This document shows, one piece after another, positions 28,741 through 37,823 of a DNA stretch of 64,000 bases; positions within the stretch are counted from its first letter, which is position 1, and every line of letters begins with the position of its first letter. Position numbers and translations under genes: made by a program. Origin of the DNA: Dehalococcoidia bacterium (GTDB lineage Bacteria > Chloroflexota > Dehalococcoidia > JAUQQI01); the NCBI GenBank assembly GCA_034434875.1, contig DAOTYJ010000115.1, positions 3,213 to 67,212 on the forward strand. The letters are read 5' to 3'. The notes under the pieces were generated by a model. That model did no database searches. It worked only from the letters and a program-made list of their open reading frames with translations, and was not told the DNA's origin.

Positions 28741-29528
28741 GGCGGCAGGCCGCCCCCGTAACCTTCCGGCCCTGGCGTCGGGCAAGGCGGCTCAGCCTCG
28801 GCCGCCTCATGGGCCTTACGGCCCTGGCCGTGGGCGGGCTGGGGGCCCTGACGGCGGTGCCGGCCGAATACTTCTGGCCGGCGGCCGCCGGGCTGGTCGG
28901 GGCGGCTTCGCTGGGGTCGATCCGGTTTAACCCCTTCGGCCGGGGGCTTACGCCGGTGGGAATTCTGCCCGGCCTTACGGTCCTCATCCTGGCGGTGGGG
29001 CTGTTCATCCTCCGGGGAAGCCCCTGGGCCTGGGGGGTGGTCGGGGCGGGGCTGGGGCTTTTTCCCCTGGGGCTGGTGCTGGAGGGCCGGGCCCATTTCG
29101 AGCCGGCCGTATCCCCCTTCCGCCTCGGGTACGGACTGCTGGTTTACCTGCTGGGCCTCGCCCTTTTTACCGCCATCTTCGGCACCCGGGAGCGCAGCCT
29201 GTTTACGGCCACGGGAGTCGGGGCGGTAAGCACCCTGCTCTGGGCGGCCCTGCGGGCGGGCCACCAGCCGGCGGGCCGAAGCGGCTGGGTTTACTACCTG
29301 TTGGTCTTTCTGGTCATGGGGGAGCTTACCTGGGCCCTGAATTACTGGCCCATCGGGACCGTGGCCGGGGGCGGAACCCTCATGCTCGCCTTCTTTGCCG
29401 TAACCCAGCTGGCCGGCGCCCACCTGACCCATACCCTCGACCGGCGGCAGGGGCTGGAGCTGGCCCTGGTGGTCGGGGTTCTGCTGGTTATGCTCTGGAC
29501 GGCCGGTGTAAGCCTGGGCGGTGGGTAA
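28737..29528 (+). CDS. polytopic membrane protein, unknown function
   Basis: 263 aa, 7-8 predicted TM helices; GTGA overlap with the upstream zincin-like gene and 8-nt overlap with downstream hldC, so translationally coupled. Confidence 0.5.
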   Translation: MRRQAAPVTFRPWRRARRLSLGRLMGLTALAVGGLGALTAVPAEYFWPAAAGLVGAASLGSIRFNPFGRGLTPVGILPGLTVLILAVGLFILRGSPWAWGVVGAGLGLFPLGLVLEGRAHFEPAVSPFRLGYGLLVYLLGLALFTAIFGTRERSLFTATGVGAVSTLLWAALRAGHQPAGRSGWVYYLLVFLVMGELTWALNYWPIGTVAGGGTLMLAFFAVTQLAGAHLTHTLDRRQGLELALVVGVLLVMLWTAGVSLGGG

Positions 29529-30030
29529 GGTCCTTTCCCGACGGGAGCTGGGCCCGGTGGTCGAAGGCCTCCGGGCGGCCGGCAAGAGGCTGGTCTTTAC
29601 CAACGGGGTGTTCGACCTCCTTCACCCCGGCCACGTCCGCTACCTGGCCGCCGCCCGGGCCCTGGGGGATGTGCTCATCGTCGGCCTCAACTCCGACGCC
29701 TCGGTCCGGCGGCTGAAGGGGCCGGACCGGCCCATTCAGGACCAGGCGGCCCGGGCCGAGGTGCTGGCGGCCCTGGCGGCGGTGGACTTTGTGGTCATCT
29801 TCGACGAGGATACGGCCGCCGAACTGGTCGGCCTTATCCGTCCGGACGTCTACGTCAAGGGGGGCGACTACGCCGGGGTGGGGGCCGACCGCTGGCCGGA
29901 GGCCGAGGTGGTCCGGGCCTACGGGGGGGAGGTCCGGACGGTGGGGTTTGCGCCCGGCCATTCGACGTCGGAAATCATCCGCAAAATCGCCGAACGGTAC
30001 GGCCGATGCGCATCGCCACCGCCAGCCTGA
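29521..30030 (+). CDS. hldC: D-glycero-beta-D-manno-heptose-1-phosphate adenylyltransferase (RfaE domain II, cytidylyltransferase fold)
   Basis: 169 aa; [45 protein letters not shown]...[21 protein letters not shown]...VKGGDY is the nucleotidyltransferase signature (HxGH). Confidence 0.8.
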   Translation: MGKVLSRRELGPVVEGLRAAGKRLVFTNGVFDLLHPGHVRYLAAARALGDVLIVGLNSDASVRRLKGPDRPIQDQAARAEVLAALAAVDFVVIFDEDTAAELVGLIRPDVYVKGGDYAGVGADRWPEAEVVRAYGGEVRTVGFAPGHSTSEIIRKIAERYGRCASPPPA

Positions 30031-31556
30031 TCCTGATGGCCGGGTCTTTGGGCTCCCGGGTCCTGGGCCTGGTCCGGGAGCAGCTCATCGCCGCCCTCTA
30101 CGGCCGCACCCGGGAGACCGACCTTTTCACCGCCGCCGCCCGGGTCCCCACCACCCTCCACGACCTGCTGGTCGGGGGGGTGGTGACGGCCGCCCTGGTC
30201 CCCGTCATAACCAACTACCTGGCCGAGAACCCGAAGGAGGCCGGGCGGCTCATCGGAACCCTCCTTATCCTGGTGACGGCCCTTCTCGCCCTGGTGACGG
30301 CCCTCCTCTGGCTGCTGGCCATGCCCCTGGCCGAACTTATCCTGCCCGGTTACGGCCCCGGGGACCGGCGGCTGGCCGGTGACCTGCTGCGGCTGATGGC
30401 CCCGGTGCTGCCCTGCCTTTCCCTGGGGGGCGTTCTGGCCGGGGTGAGCCTGGCCCGGCGGCGGTTTCTCTTTCCGGGTTTTGGGGCGGCCGTCCTCAAC
30501 CTGGTCTTCGGGCTGAGCGCGGCCTTTTTTCGCCCCCTCGGGGTGGGGGCCCTGGCCCTGAGCTTTACGGCCGGGGCCCTGGCCCACCTCCTCTGGCAGG
30601 CCGGGGGCCTCAAGGGCCTCCGGGTAGGGCTGGAGTTCGACCCGGCCCATCCCGGGCTGCGGCAGGTGGGCCGCCTCTACGTCCCCGTTTTCCTGGGCCT
30701 TTTGGTTTCGACGGCCGGGGTCGCCTTCGACACCTACCTGGCCTCCTTTACGGGCCCGGGGGACCTGACGGCGATGCGGTTTGCCACCAACATCATCCAG
30801 TTCGCCATCGGCCTCGTCGGGGGTTCCATCGGCCTGGCCGCCCTGCCCACCCTCACCCGTCAGGCCGCCGACGCCACCCGGTCCGGGTACGAGGCGACCC
30901 TCACGGCCATGGTCCGGTGGGTCTGGCTGCTCACCTGGGGGCTGGCCGTGGTGATGCTGGTTTTGCGCCGGCCCCTGGTGAGCCTGCTCTTTGAGCGGGG
31001 CCAGTTCGGTCCGGGGGACACCGACCGGACGGCCCTGGCCCTGCTGGCCTACCTGCCGGGCCTGCCGGCGGCGGCCCTGGACCAGCAGCTCATCTACGCC
31101 TTTTACGCCCGGCAGAACACCCTGACCCCGGTGGCGGTGGGGGTTTTTGCGGTCCTCTTATATGCCGTAACGGCGGTGGCCCTGCTCGGTCCCCTGGGCA
31201 TGCCCGGCCTAGCCCTGGCCAACGCGGTGCAGTGGGTATCCCACGCCGTGGTGATGGTTTGGGTCGGCCGGTCCCTGCTGGGCCGGAGCCTGCGGCCCCT
31301 GGGGGATGCGGCGGGGCGGGGGCTGGTGGCGGGGGCGGCGGCCGCCGCCGCGGCCGCCGTCGGCGCCGGGGCGGTCCCCCCCGGACTGCCCCGGGGACTG
31401 GCCGTAAACCTGTGGCAGGTGGCGGTCGGGGGCGGGGCCGGACTGGCCGCCTACTGGGGTGTGCTTTACCTGCTCCGGACTCCCGAGGCCGGCCTTCTCA
31501 TGGGCCGGGTTTTGGGTCTGCTTAAGGGAATCCGCGTGGTAAAATCTACCGAGTAA
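30006..31556 (+). CDS. murJ: MurJ/MviN family lipid-linked oligosaccharide flippase
   Basis: 516 aa, 14 TM; N-terminal [61 protein letters not shown] is the conserved MurJ start. Confidence 0.85.
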   Translation: MRIATASLILMAGSLGSRVLGLVREQLIAALYGRTRETDLFTAAARVPTTLHDLLVGGVVTAALVPVITNYLAENPKEAGRLIGTLLILVTALLALVTALLWLLAMPLAELILPGYGPGDRRLAGDLLRLMAPVLPCLSLGGVLAGVSLARRRFLFPGFGAAVLNLVFGLSAAFFRPLGVGALALSFTAGALAHLLWQAGGLKGLRVGLEFDPAHPGLRQVGRLYVPVFLGLLVSTAGVAFDTYLASFTGPGDLTAMRFATNIIQFAIGLVGGSIGLAALPTLTRQAADATRSGYEATLTAMVRWVWLLTWGLAVVMLVLRRPLVSLLFERGQFGPGDTDRTALALLAYLPGLPAAALDQQLIYAFYARQNTLTPVAVGVFAVLLYAVTAVALLGPLGMPGLALANAVQWVSHAVVMVWVGRSLLGRSLRPLGDAAGRGLVAGAAAAAAAAVGAGAVPPGLPRGLAVNLWQVAVGGGAGLAAYWGVLYLLRTPEAGLLMGRVLGLLKGIRVVKSTE

Positions 31557-31579
31557 GCCGGAGGGCCGGGCTTCCAGCC

Positions 31580-32287
31580 GTGATTGAGCTGATTCCAAGC
31601 ATCCTGGGAATCGTGGTCATCGACCTTGCCCTGGCGGGGGATAATGCCGTCGTCATCGGGATGGCGGCCTACCGGCTGCCCCGGCACCGGCGCAACATCG
31701 CCGTGGCCCTGGGGGCCTTCGGGGCCATGGCCCTGCGCATCACCCTGACGGCGGTGGCGGCCCTCATTTTGGGCCTGCCCCTGCTTCAGTTTATCGGGGG
31801 CCTTATCCTCGTCTGGATCGCCTTCAAACTGCTCAGGCCCGTTGAGGTCGCCCACGGGGACGGAACCCCCGTGGCCGAAGCCGCCGCCGGCCTCTGGGAT
31901 GCGGTTCAGACGATAGTCATCGCCGACATCGTGATGAGCCTGGACAACGTGCTGGCCGTCGCCGGCGCCTCCAAGGGCAACATCCCGGTGCTGGTTTTCG
32001 GCCTGATGCTGAGCATCGCCATCCTGATGGCGGGGGGGCGGCTGGTGGCCAGCATTCTCGACCGGTTTCCCGCCTTTGTCTACCTGGGGTCGGGCATCCT
32101 GGCCTGGGTTGCCGGGGGGATGCTGGTCCACGACAGCTTTGCCCACCAGTACTGGGTCCGGTTTCTGCCCTGGGCCGAATGGGTGGCTCCGGCGGCGGTC
32201 ACGGCGGGGGTGGTTGTGGGCGGGCTTTTGCTTTTGCGGCCCCGGGATCTAAAGTGGGTGCGCTCCCGCTTTCGCCGCTCGCCTTAA
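31580..32287 (+). CDS. TerC/YjbE family membrane protein
   Basis: 235 aa; IVVIDLALAGDNAVVIGMAA ... IVIADIVMSLDNVLAVAGAS duplicated DN-containing motifs typical of TerC. Confidence 0.8.
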   Translation: MIELIPSILGIVVIDLALAGDNAVVIGMAAYRLPRHRRNIAVALGAFGAMALRITLTAVAALILGLPLLQFIGGLILVWIAFKLLRPVEVAHGDGTPVAEAAAGLWDAVQTIVIADIVMSLDNVLAVAGASKGNIPVLVFGLMLSIAILMAGGRLVASILDRFPAFVYLGSGILAWVAGGMLVHDSFAHQYWVRFLPWAEWVAPAAVTAGVVVGGLLLLRPRDLKWVRSRFRRSP

Positions 32288-32290
32288 AAC

Positions 32291-33553
32291 ATGGCCGGTT
32301 TTCCGACCGTTAGGGGCGGCCGGGGGATGGGACGGCGCCGGTTTTTAAGTTCGGTGCTGGTGGGGGGCCTCTTTCTGGCTGGCCTCCGCCTGGGCGAATA
32401 CGACCGTCTGCTGGACCCCCTCCTGGGCCGGCCGCGGCTTCCGGACCGGCGGCCCCAGCGGGCCCGGTTTTTCACCACCATCGTCCTTTCCCGGCTTATC
32501 GACTACCACCGCCGGGCCACTGGCCGCCGACCCCGCCCCGAAGCCGTTCTGGGCCGGCTGCTGGACCTTCCCTTCAAAGGCTACCGTTTTGGGGTGCCCA
32601 TTGCGGCCGCCGAAGAGGCCGACGGCTTCCGCCAGCCGGATGCCGTCGTCAACGCGGCCTTAAGCCGCGGCAAAGAGGTTTACCTTTCGGTGGGCCTTAA
32701 GCTTCCCGGCTACCCCGAGTTTTACCCGCCCCGGGGGCTGGAGCTTCCCAGGTTCGGCCCCTTCCGGCCGGGCCCCGGGGAGACGGAGCGGGTCCTCAGG
32801 GCGGTGGAGGCCATCTTAAGGCGCTACGGCAAGGTGGGAAGCTGGGTCTTCGTCGAGAACGAGGCCCTGGACCCGGTGATGTACGACGGCCTCTTTCGCT
32901 ACCTGCACCCCGATTACCTGGTGGAGGTCTCTAACCACGTCCGCGGCCTCCTGGGCCCGGACCAGCTTCTGGTTTTGACGACCTTTGTGCCCAGCGCCTG
33001 GTTTTTGCGCCTGCTGGACCAGCTCAGGGAGACGGTTCCCTGGCGGTTCCTGGCCCGGTGGGCGGTGGGGCCGTGGTGGATGTTCCCGTCCCGCCGGACC
33101 CTCTTCGAGGCGGCGGACCTTCTGGGCCTGCACCTTTACAAGAAGGTCGTTCAGCCCACCCTCTGGGGCGAGTTCCCCGTAAACGCCGCCCACCCCCGGG
33201 ACTACAACACCCTGGATATCCTGCGGTTGGAGATGCAGCGGCGGGGCAAGGGGGTCATCATCTCGGAGCTGCAGGGTTCGCCCTGGGAGCCGGAGGTGTG
33301 GGCGAAGTTCCACGCCGGCCACAAGTTTTCTTTTACGCCCGAGGATATCGGCGACCTGGTCCAGGTGGTCTTAAGCCACGGCATCACCCAGATAGGGATG
33401 TGGGACGTGGACTTCTGGCTGGCGGCCGAGGCCGCCGGCGACCCCTCCTGGCTTCGGGCCGGCCTTGAGGTTATCGCGGGCTACGCCGAGCCCCCGCCCT
33501 CCGCCGCCCGGCCCGACCGTCAGCCCGGGACCACGGACGCCACATCGATCTGA
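32291..33553 (+). CDS. Tat-exported protein, putative TIM-barrel glycoside hydrolase-like
   Basis: 420 aa; twin-arginine signal GRRRFLSSVLVGGLFLAG; candidate clan GH-A-like acid/base (WVFVENEALD) and nucleophile (VIISELQGSPWE) segments; family not recognised with certainty. Confidence 0.4.
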   Translation: MAGFPTVRGGRGMGRRRFLSSVLVGGLFLAGLRLGEYDRLLDPLLGRPRLPDRRPQRARFFTTIVLSRLIDYHRRATGRRPRPEAVLGRLLDLPFKGYRFGVPIAAAEEADGFRQPDAVVNAALSRGKEVYLSVGLKLPGYPEFYPPRGLELPRFGPFRPGPGETERVLRAVEAILRRYGKVGSWVFVENEALDPVMYDGLFRYLHPDYLVEVSNHVRGLLGPDQLLVLTTFVPSAWFLRLLDQLRETVPWRFLARWAVGPWWMFPSRRTLFEAADLLGLHLYKKVVQPTLWGEFPVNAAHPRDYNTLDILRLEMQRRGKGVIISELQGSPWEPEVWAKFHAGHKFSFTPEDIGDLVQVVLSHGITQIGMWDVDFWLAAEAAGDPSWLRAGLEVIAGYAEPPPSAARPDRQPGTTDATSI

Positions 33554-35019
33554 GCCCGCTGGAGCCGGCCCGAGTAGTCGATGTAAACCGTCTTCCACTC
33601 GCTGAAGACGTCCAGAACCTGCTCCCCGCCCTCCCGGTGGCCGTTGCCGGTGGCCTTGGTGCCCCCGAAGGGGGTGTGGACCTCGGCCCCGATGGTCCCG
33701 GCGTTCACGTAAACGATGCCGGTGTAGCTTTCTTCGATGAACTTAAAGGCTTTGTCGACGTCCCGGGTGTAGATGGAGGCCACCAGGCCGTAGGGGACGT
33801 CGTTGTTCACCCGGGCGGCCTCCTCAAGGCTGTCGACGACGATGACCGAAGTCACCGGGCCGAAGATCTCCTCCTGGCAGACCCGCATCTCCGGCCGGCA
33901 GTTGCCCAGAACCGTCGGCTTGAAGAAAAAGCCTCTGGCCAGCTCGCCCTCCCGGGCAATCTCGCCCCCGCAGGGGATCTCCGCCCCCTCCTGGCGGGCG
34001 ACCTCCATGTAGCCGGCGATGCGCCGGAGCTGCTGCTCGTTGATGACCGGGCCCACGTCGGTCTCCGGGTCGAGGCCGTTGCCCAGCCTGAGGCGTCGGG
34101 CCCGCTCCACCAGCCGGGCGGTGAGCTCCTCGGCAACCCTCCGCTGGACGATGACCCGGCTGGCCGCCGTGCACCGCTGGCCGGAGGTGCCGAAGGCGCT
34201 CCAGACGATGCCGTCGAGGGCCAGGTTAAGGTCGGCATCGTCTAAGACGACGATGGCGTTTTTGCCCCCCATCTCCAGCGAGACCCGCTTGCCCAGCCGG
34301 GCGCACTTTTCGGCCACCTCGGTGCCCACCTCGGTGGAGCCCGTAAAGGAGATGAGCCGGACGCCGGGGGCCTCGACCAGGGCCGCCCCGGCCTCCTCCC
34401 CAAAGCCCACCACCATGTTGAGCACCCCCGGGGGCAGGCCCGCCTCCACCAGGGTCTTGACGAAGTTGTAGGCCGAAAGGGGCGTATCCTCGGCGGGCTT
34501 AAAGACCACGGTGTTGCCGCAGACCAGGGCCGGGACGACCTTCCAGGAGGGTATCGCCATGGGGAAGTTCCAGGGGGTTATGCAGCCCACCACCCCGATG
34601 GCCATCCGGACGCACATGGCGAACTTGTCGGGAAGCTCCGCAGGGGTGGTGTAGCCGTGGAGGCGGCGGCCCTCCCCGGCGATAAAGTAGGTCATGTCGA
34701 TGGCCTCCTGGACGTCCCCCCGGGCCTCGGTGAGGACCTTGCCCATCTCCATGGTCATCTGCCGGGCGAACTCTTCCTTGCGCCTTACCAGAAGCTCCGC
34801 CGCCCGGAAGAGGATTTCGGCCCGCCGCGGGGCCGGCACCTTTCGCCAGGAGTCGAAGGCCCGCTGGGCCGCCTCCACCGCCAGGCGCACATCCTCGGGG
34901 CCGGAGCGGGGAAAGTAGCCCAGAACCTCGCCGGTGGCCGGGTTGATGTTGGGGTAAGTCCGCTCGGTGACCGAATCCACCCACCGCCCGCCAATGTAGT
35001 TTTTATAGACCTGGGCCAT
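33520..35019 (-). CDS. NAD(P)-dependent aldehyde dehydrogenase
   Basis: 499 aa; [15 protein letters not shown], catalytic [10 protein letters not shown] and GQRCTAASR (Cys) motifs. Confidence 0.85.
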   Translation of the reverse strand: MAQVYKNYIGGRWVDSVTERTYPNINPATGEVLGYFPRSGPEDVRLAVEAAQRAFDSWRKVPAPRRAEILFRAAELLVRRKEEFARQMTMEMGKVLTEARGDVQEAIDMTYFIAGEGRRLHGYTTPAELPDKFAMCVRMAIGVVGCITPWNFPMAIPSWKVVPALVCGNTVVFKPAEDTPLSAYNFVKTLVEAGLPPGVLNMVVGFGEEAGAALVEAPGVRLISFTGSTEVGTEVAEKCARLGKRVSLEMGGKNAIVVLDDADLNLALDGIVWSAFGTSGQRCTAASRVIVQRRVAEELTARLVERARRLRLGNGLDPETDVGPVINEQQLRRIAGYMEVARQEGAEIPCGGEIAREGELARGFFFKPTVLGNCRPEMRVCQEEIFGPVTSVIVVDSLEEAARVNNDVPYGLVASIYTRDVDKAFKFIEESYTGIVYVNAGTIGAEVHTPFGGTKATGNGHREGGEQVLDVFSEWKTVYIDYSGRLQRAQIDVASVVPG

Positions 35020-35070
35020 CGCCGACCTCCTCCCGCTTAAATCCCGACCAATTTTACCACCGGCCCGGGC

Positions 35071-36669
35071 TCAGGGCACAGGCCGGCCGGCCAGCACCCC
35101 CGTCGGGCGGCCCCCGGCCAGGGCCACCCGGCCGTTAACCAGCACCCATTCGACCCCGACGGCCAGACTCCGGGGATTCTCGTAGGTGGCCGTATCCGTG
35201 ATGGCCTCCGGGTCGAAGACGGCGATATCCGCAAACTTCCCGGGGGCCAACACCCCCCGGTCCCGCAGGCCGAAGCGGGCGGCGGGCACGGCCGTCATCC
35301 GGTTGATGAGCAGTTCCAGGGGAACCCCATACCGGCGGCGGAGGGGGCCGAGGACCCGGGCGAAGCAGCCGTAGGCCCGGGGGTGGGGCCGCTGACCCAC
35401 CCAGATGGCGTCGCTCCCCACCATGTAGTCGGGCCGGGCAAGCAGGGTCATCACGTCCCGGTCAATCTGCTCCCAGACGGCCGGCTCGGGGGGCAGGCCC
35501 CAGAAGCCCACCCGGAACTCCTCCTCCAGCAGGAGGTCGCATAGAAGCTCCGGGACCTCCTTGCCCCGCCGGGCGGCGGCCTCCACGAAGGTGAGGCCCA
35601 CCAGGTCGGAGTTCTTGGGCAGGTAGCTGAAGACGATTTCGTGCCAGCCCCGGGTGCCCCGGGCCGAGCCCATGTAGGCGTAATCGATTTCCCGGACCAG
35701 CCGGCGGCGGGCCTCCGGGTCCCTGAGCCGGGCCAGGAGGGCATCGGGGCCGCCGTCGTGGGCCCAGGGGGGCAGGAACATCACCCCCTGGCTGCTGCCG
35801 GTGGGGTAGGGGTAGGTTTCCAGGGTGCAGTCGACCCCTTCGGCCTTGGCCCGGTCGATGGGGGCCACAATCCGCCCCACCTGCCCGGCCGTTAAGGGGC
35901 CGGTCCGGAAGTGGGAAAAGTGGACCTTTACCCCCGACCGGCGGCCCACCTCCAGGGCCTCCTCGACGGGGTCGAAAGGCTCGCCCCGGAAGACCGTCCG
36001 AAGGTGCACCACGTAGGGCCGGTCGTACCGGGCGGCCACCCGGCAGAGCTCCACCAGCTCGTCGGTGTCGGCCCAGGCGCAAGGGTAGTAGCTTAAACCC
36101 GTTGAAAAGCCCACGGCCCCCTCCTCCAGGCCCTGGGCCAGGAGCCGTCGGGCCCGCCCCAGGGCCTCCCCCACCAGAGGAACATCCCGGAAGCCCACCG
36201 CCTCCAGGCGGACCGCCCCGTGGGGGACCAGGTAGGCGGTGTTCACGGCCACCGTCCGGTCGAAGCAGGCCCGGAATTCGGCCACGGTGGACCAGGTGTA
36301 GGGCAGGTCGGGGTTGCCGTTCAGGCCGGCCAGGTAGCGCCGGTAGGCCCGGAGGTTTTCGGCCGAGAGGGGGGCGTAAGAGAGGCCGTCCTGGCCGAGG
36401 ATTTCGGTGGTCACCCCCTGCCGGAGGGCGGCCTCGTGGGCCGGGTCGGCCAGGAGCATCAGGTCTGAATGGACGTGGGTGTCGATGAAGCCCGGGCAGA
36501 CCACCTTACCGGCGGCGTCGACGACGGTGGCGGCCGTCACATCGGGGCCGCCCAGGTCGCCCACCGCCGCGATGCGGTCGCCCACCACCCCGACGTCGGC
36601 CCGGAACCCGGGCCGGCCGGTGCCGTCGATAACGGTGCCGTTTTTAATAAGGACGTCGAAGGCGGCCAC
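35071..36669 (-). CDS. N-acyl-D-amino-acid deacylase (D-aminoacylase), amidohydrolase superfamily
   Basis: 532 aa; FDVLIKNGTVIDGTGRPGFRADVGVVGDRIAAVGDLG and metal-binding FIDTHVHSD at N-terminus, characteristic D-aminoacylase architecture. Confidence 0.8.
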   Translation of the reverse strand: MAAFDVLIKNGTVIDGTGRPGFRADVGVVGDRIAAVGDLGGPDVTAATVVDAAGKVVCPGFIDTHVHSDLMLLADPAHEAALRQGVTTEILGQDGLSYAPLSAENLRAYRRYLAGLNGNPDLPYTWSTVAEFRACFDRTVAVNTAYLVPHGAVRLEAVGFRDVPLVGEALGRARRLLAQGLEEGAVGFSTGLSYYPCAWADTDELVELCRVAARYDRPYVVHLRTVFRGEPFDPVEEALEVGRRSGVKVHFSHFRTGPLTAGQVGRIVAPIDRAKAEGVDCTLETYPYPTGSSQGVMFLPPWAHDGGPDALLARLRDPEARRRLVREIDYAYMGSARGTRGWHEIVFSYLPKNSDLVGLTFVEAAARRGKEVPELLCDLLLEEEFRVGFWGLPPEPAVWEQIDRDVMTLLARPDYMVGSDAIWVGQRPHPRAYGCFARVLGPLRRRYGVPLELLINRMTAVPAARFGLRDRGVLAPGKFADIAVFDPEAITDTATYENPRSLAVGVEWVLVNGRVALAGGRPTGVLAGRPVP

Positions 36670-36671
36670 GG

Positions 36672-37760
36672 CTATTTCTCCTCGTATTCCCGGAGGGCGT
36701 CCTCGTTGGGCTCGAAGCCCAGGCCCGGCCGGTCGGGAAGCTCCACCCAGCCCGCCTCGGGCCGGAAGGTGTCTTTAAAAAGGGCCTCCCCCGCATACCA
36801 CATGGGGACGTGGAACTCCACCCGCCAGCCGTTGGCCACCGCCGCGTAGAGGTGGGCGTTATGGTGGGGCCAGCCGCCCCCGTTGGCGATTTTTAAGTTA
36901 AAGCTGTCGGCCAGGTCGGCGACCTTGCGGCCCTCGGTGTACCCGCCCACATAGCAGACGTTGGGCTGGGCGATATCCACCGCTCCCCCGGCGATGAGGT
37001 CCCGGTGGCGCCAGCGGTGCTCCTGCTGCCCGGCGGCGATGGGGATGGTGGTGTGGGCCCGGAGCCGGCGGAGCAGGTTCACGTCGTTGGTGTAAAGGGG
37101 CTCTTCAAACCAGCGGATGTTGTAGGGCTCCAGCCGGCGGCAGAGCTCCAGGGCCGAGACGTAGTCGTAAAGGTGGTTGGCGTCGACCATCAGCTCAACC
37201 CCATCCCCCACGGCTTCCCGGACGAGCCGGACCCGCTCGGCGTCCTCGGCCACGTTCTCGGCCCCGTCGATGGCCACCACCATCTTGAGGCGGGTGTGCC
37301 CCCGGGCTACCCAGTAGCGGGCGGCCTCGACCAGCTGTTCCCGGTCGTATTCCAGGAGGCCGAAGGTGATGTAAGCGGGGACCCGCCTCGAGTGGCCCCC
37401 GAGGAGGCGCCAGACCGGCTGATTTAAATACTTGCCCTTGATGTCCCAGAGGGCGATGTCCACGGCGCTCTGGCCGAAGATAACCACCCCGGAGTTGCCC
37501 CGGGGGTTAAAGGTGCGGTGGATGAGGGCCGAGAGCCCCTCGGTATCCAGGGGGTCCCGTCCGACCAGAAGGGGGGCCAGCTCCCGGTTTATAAATTCCC
37601 GGGTCCCGAACCGGAGCACCCCGCCCGTCATCCCCGTGCCCACGATGCCGGCGTCGGTCTCAACCCGGGCCAGGACCACCTCCCGGTAGATGAGCTGGTC
37701 GGTGATGGGGGCCCGGGTGGGGACGCGGTAAGTGGCGGCCGTGACGCGGGTGATGCGCAT
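36672..37760 (-). CDS. enolase-superfamily enzyme (mandelate racemase/muconate lactonizing enzyme family)
   Basis: 362 aa; capping domain plus TIM barrel with KxK-like and metal ligands ...LKMVVAIDG...LMVDANHLYD...IRWFEEP...VDIAQPN; RBS AGGAGGA before ATG. Confidence 0.8.
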   Translation of the reverse strand: MRITRVTAATYRVPTRAPITDQLIYREVVLARVETDAGIVGTGMTGGVLRFGTREFINRELAPLLVGRDPLDTEGLSALIHRTFNPRGNSGVVIFGQSAVDIALWDIKGKYLNQPVWRLLGGHSRRVPAYITFGLLEYDREQLVEAARYWVARGHTRLKMVVAIDGAENVAEDAERVRLVREAVGDGVELMVDANHLYDYVSALELCRRLEPYNIRWFEEPLYTNDVNLLRRLRAHTTIPIAAGQQEHRWRHRDLIAGGAVDIAQPNVCYVGGYTEGRKVADLADSFNLKIANGGGWPHHNAHLYAAVANGWRVEFHVPMWYAGEALFKDTFRPEAGWVELPDRPGLGFEPNEDALREYEEK

Positions 37761-37823
37761 CTGCTCCTCCTGGTGCAGGGTTTGGTCAGCCGGACCGGAT
37801 AATTATAAACAGACCCGGCGGGC

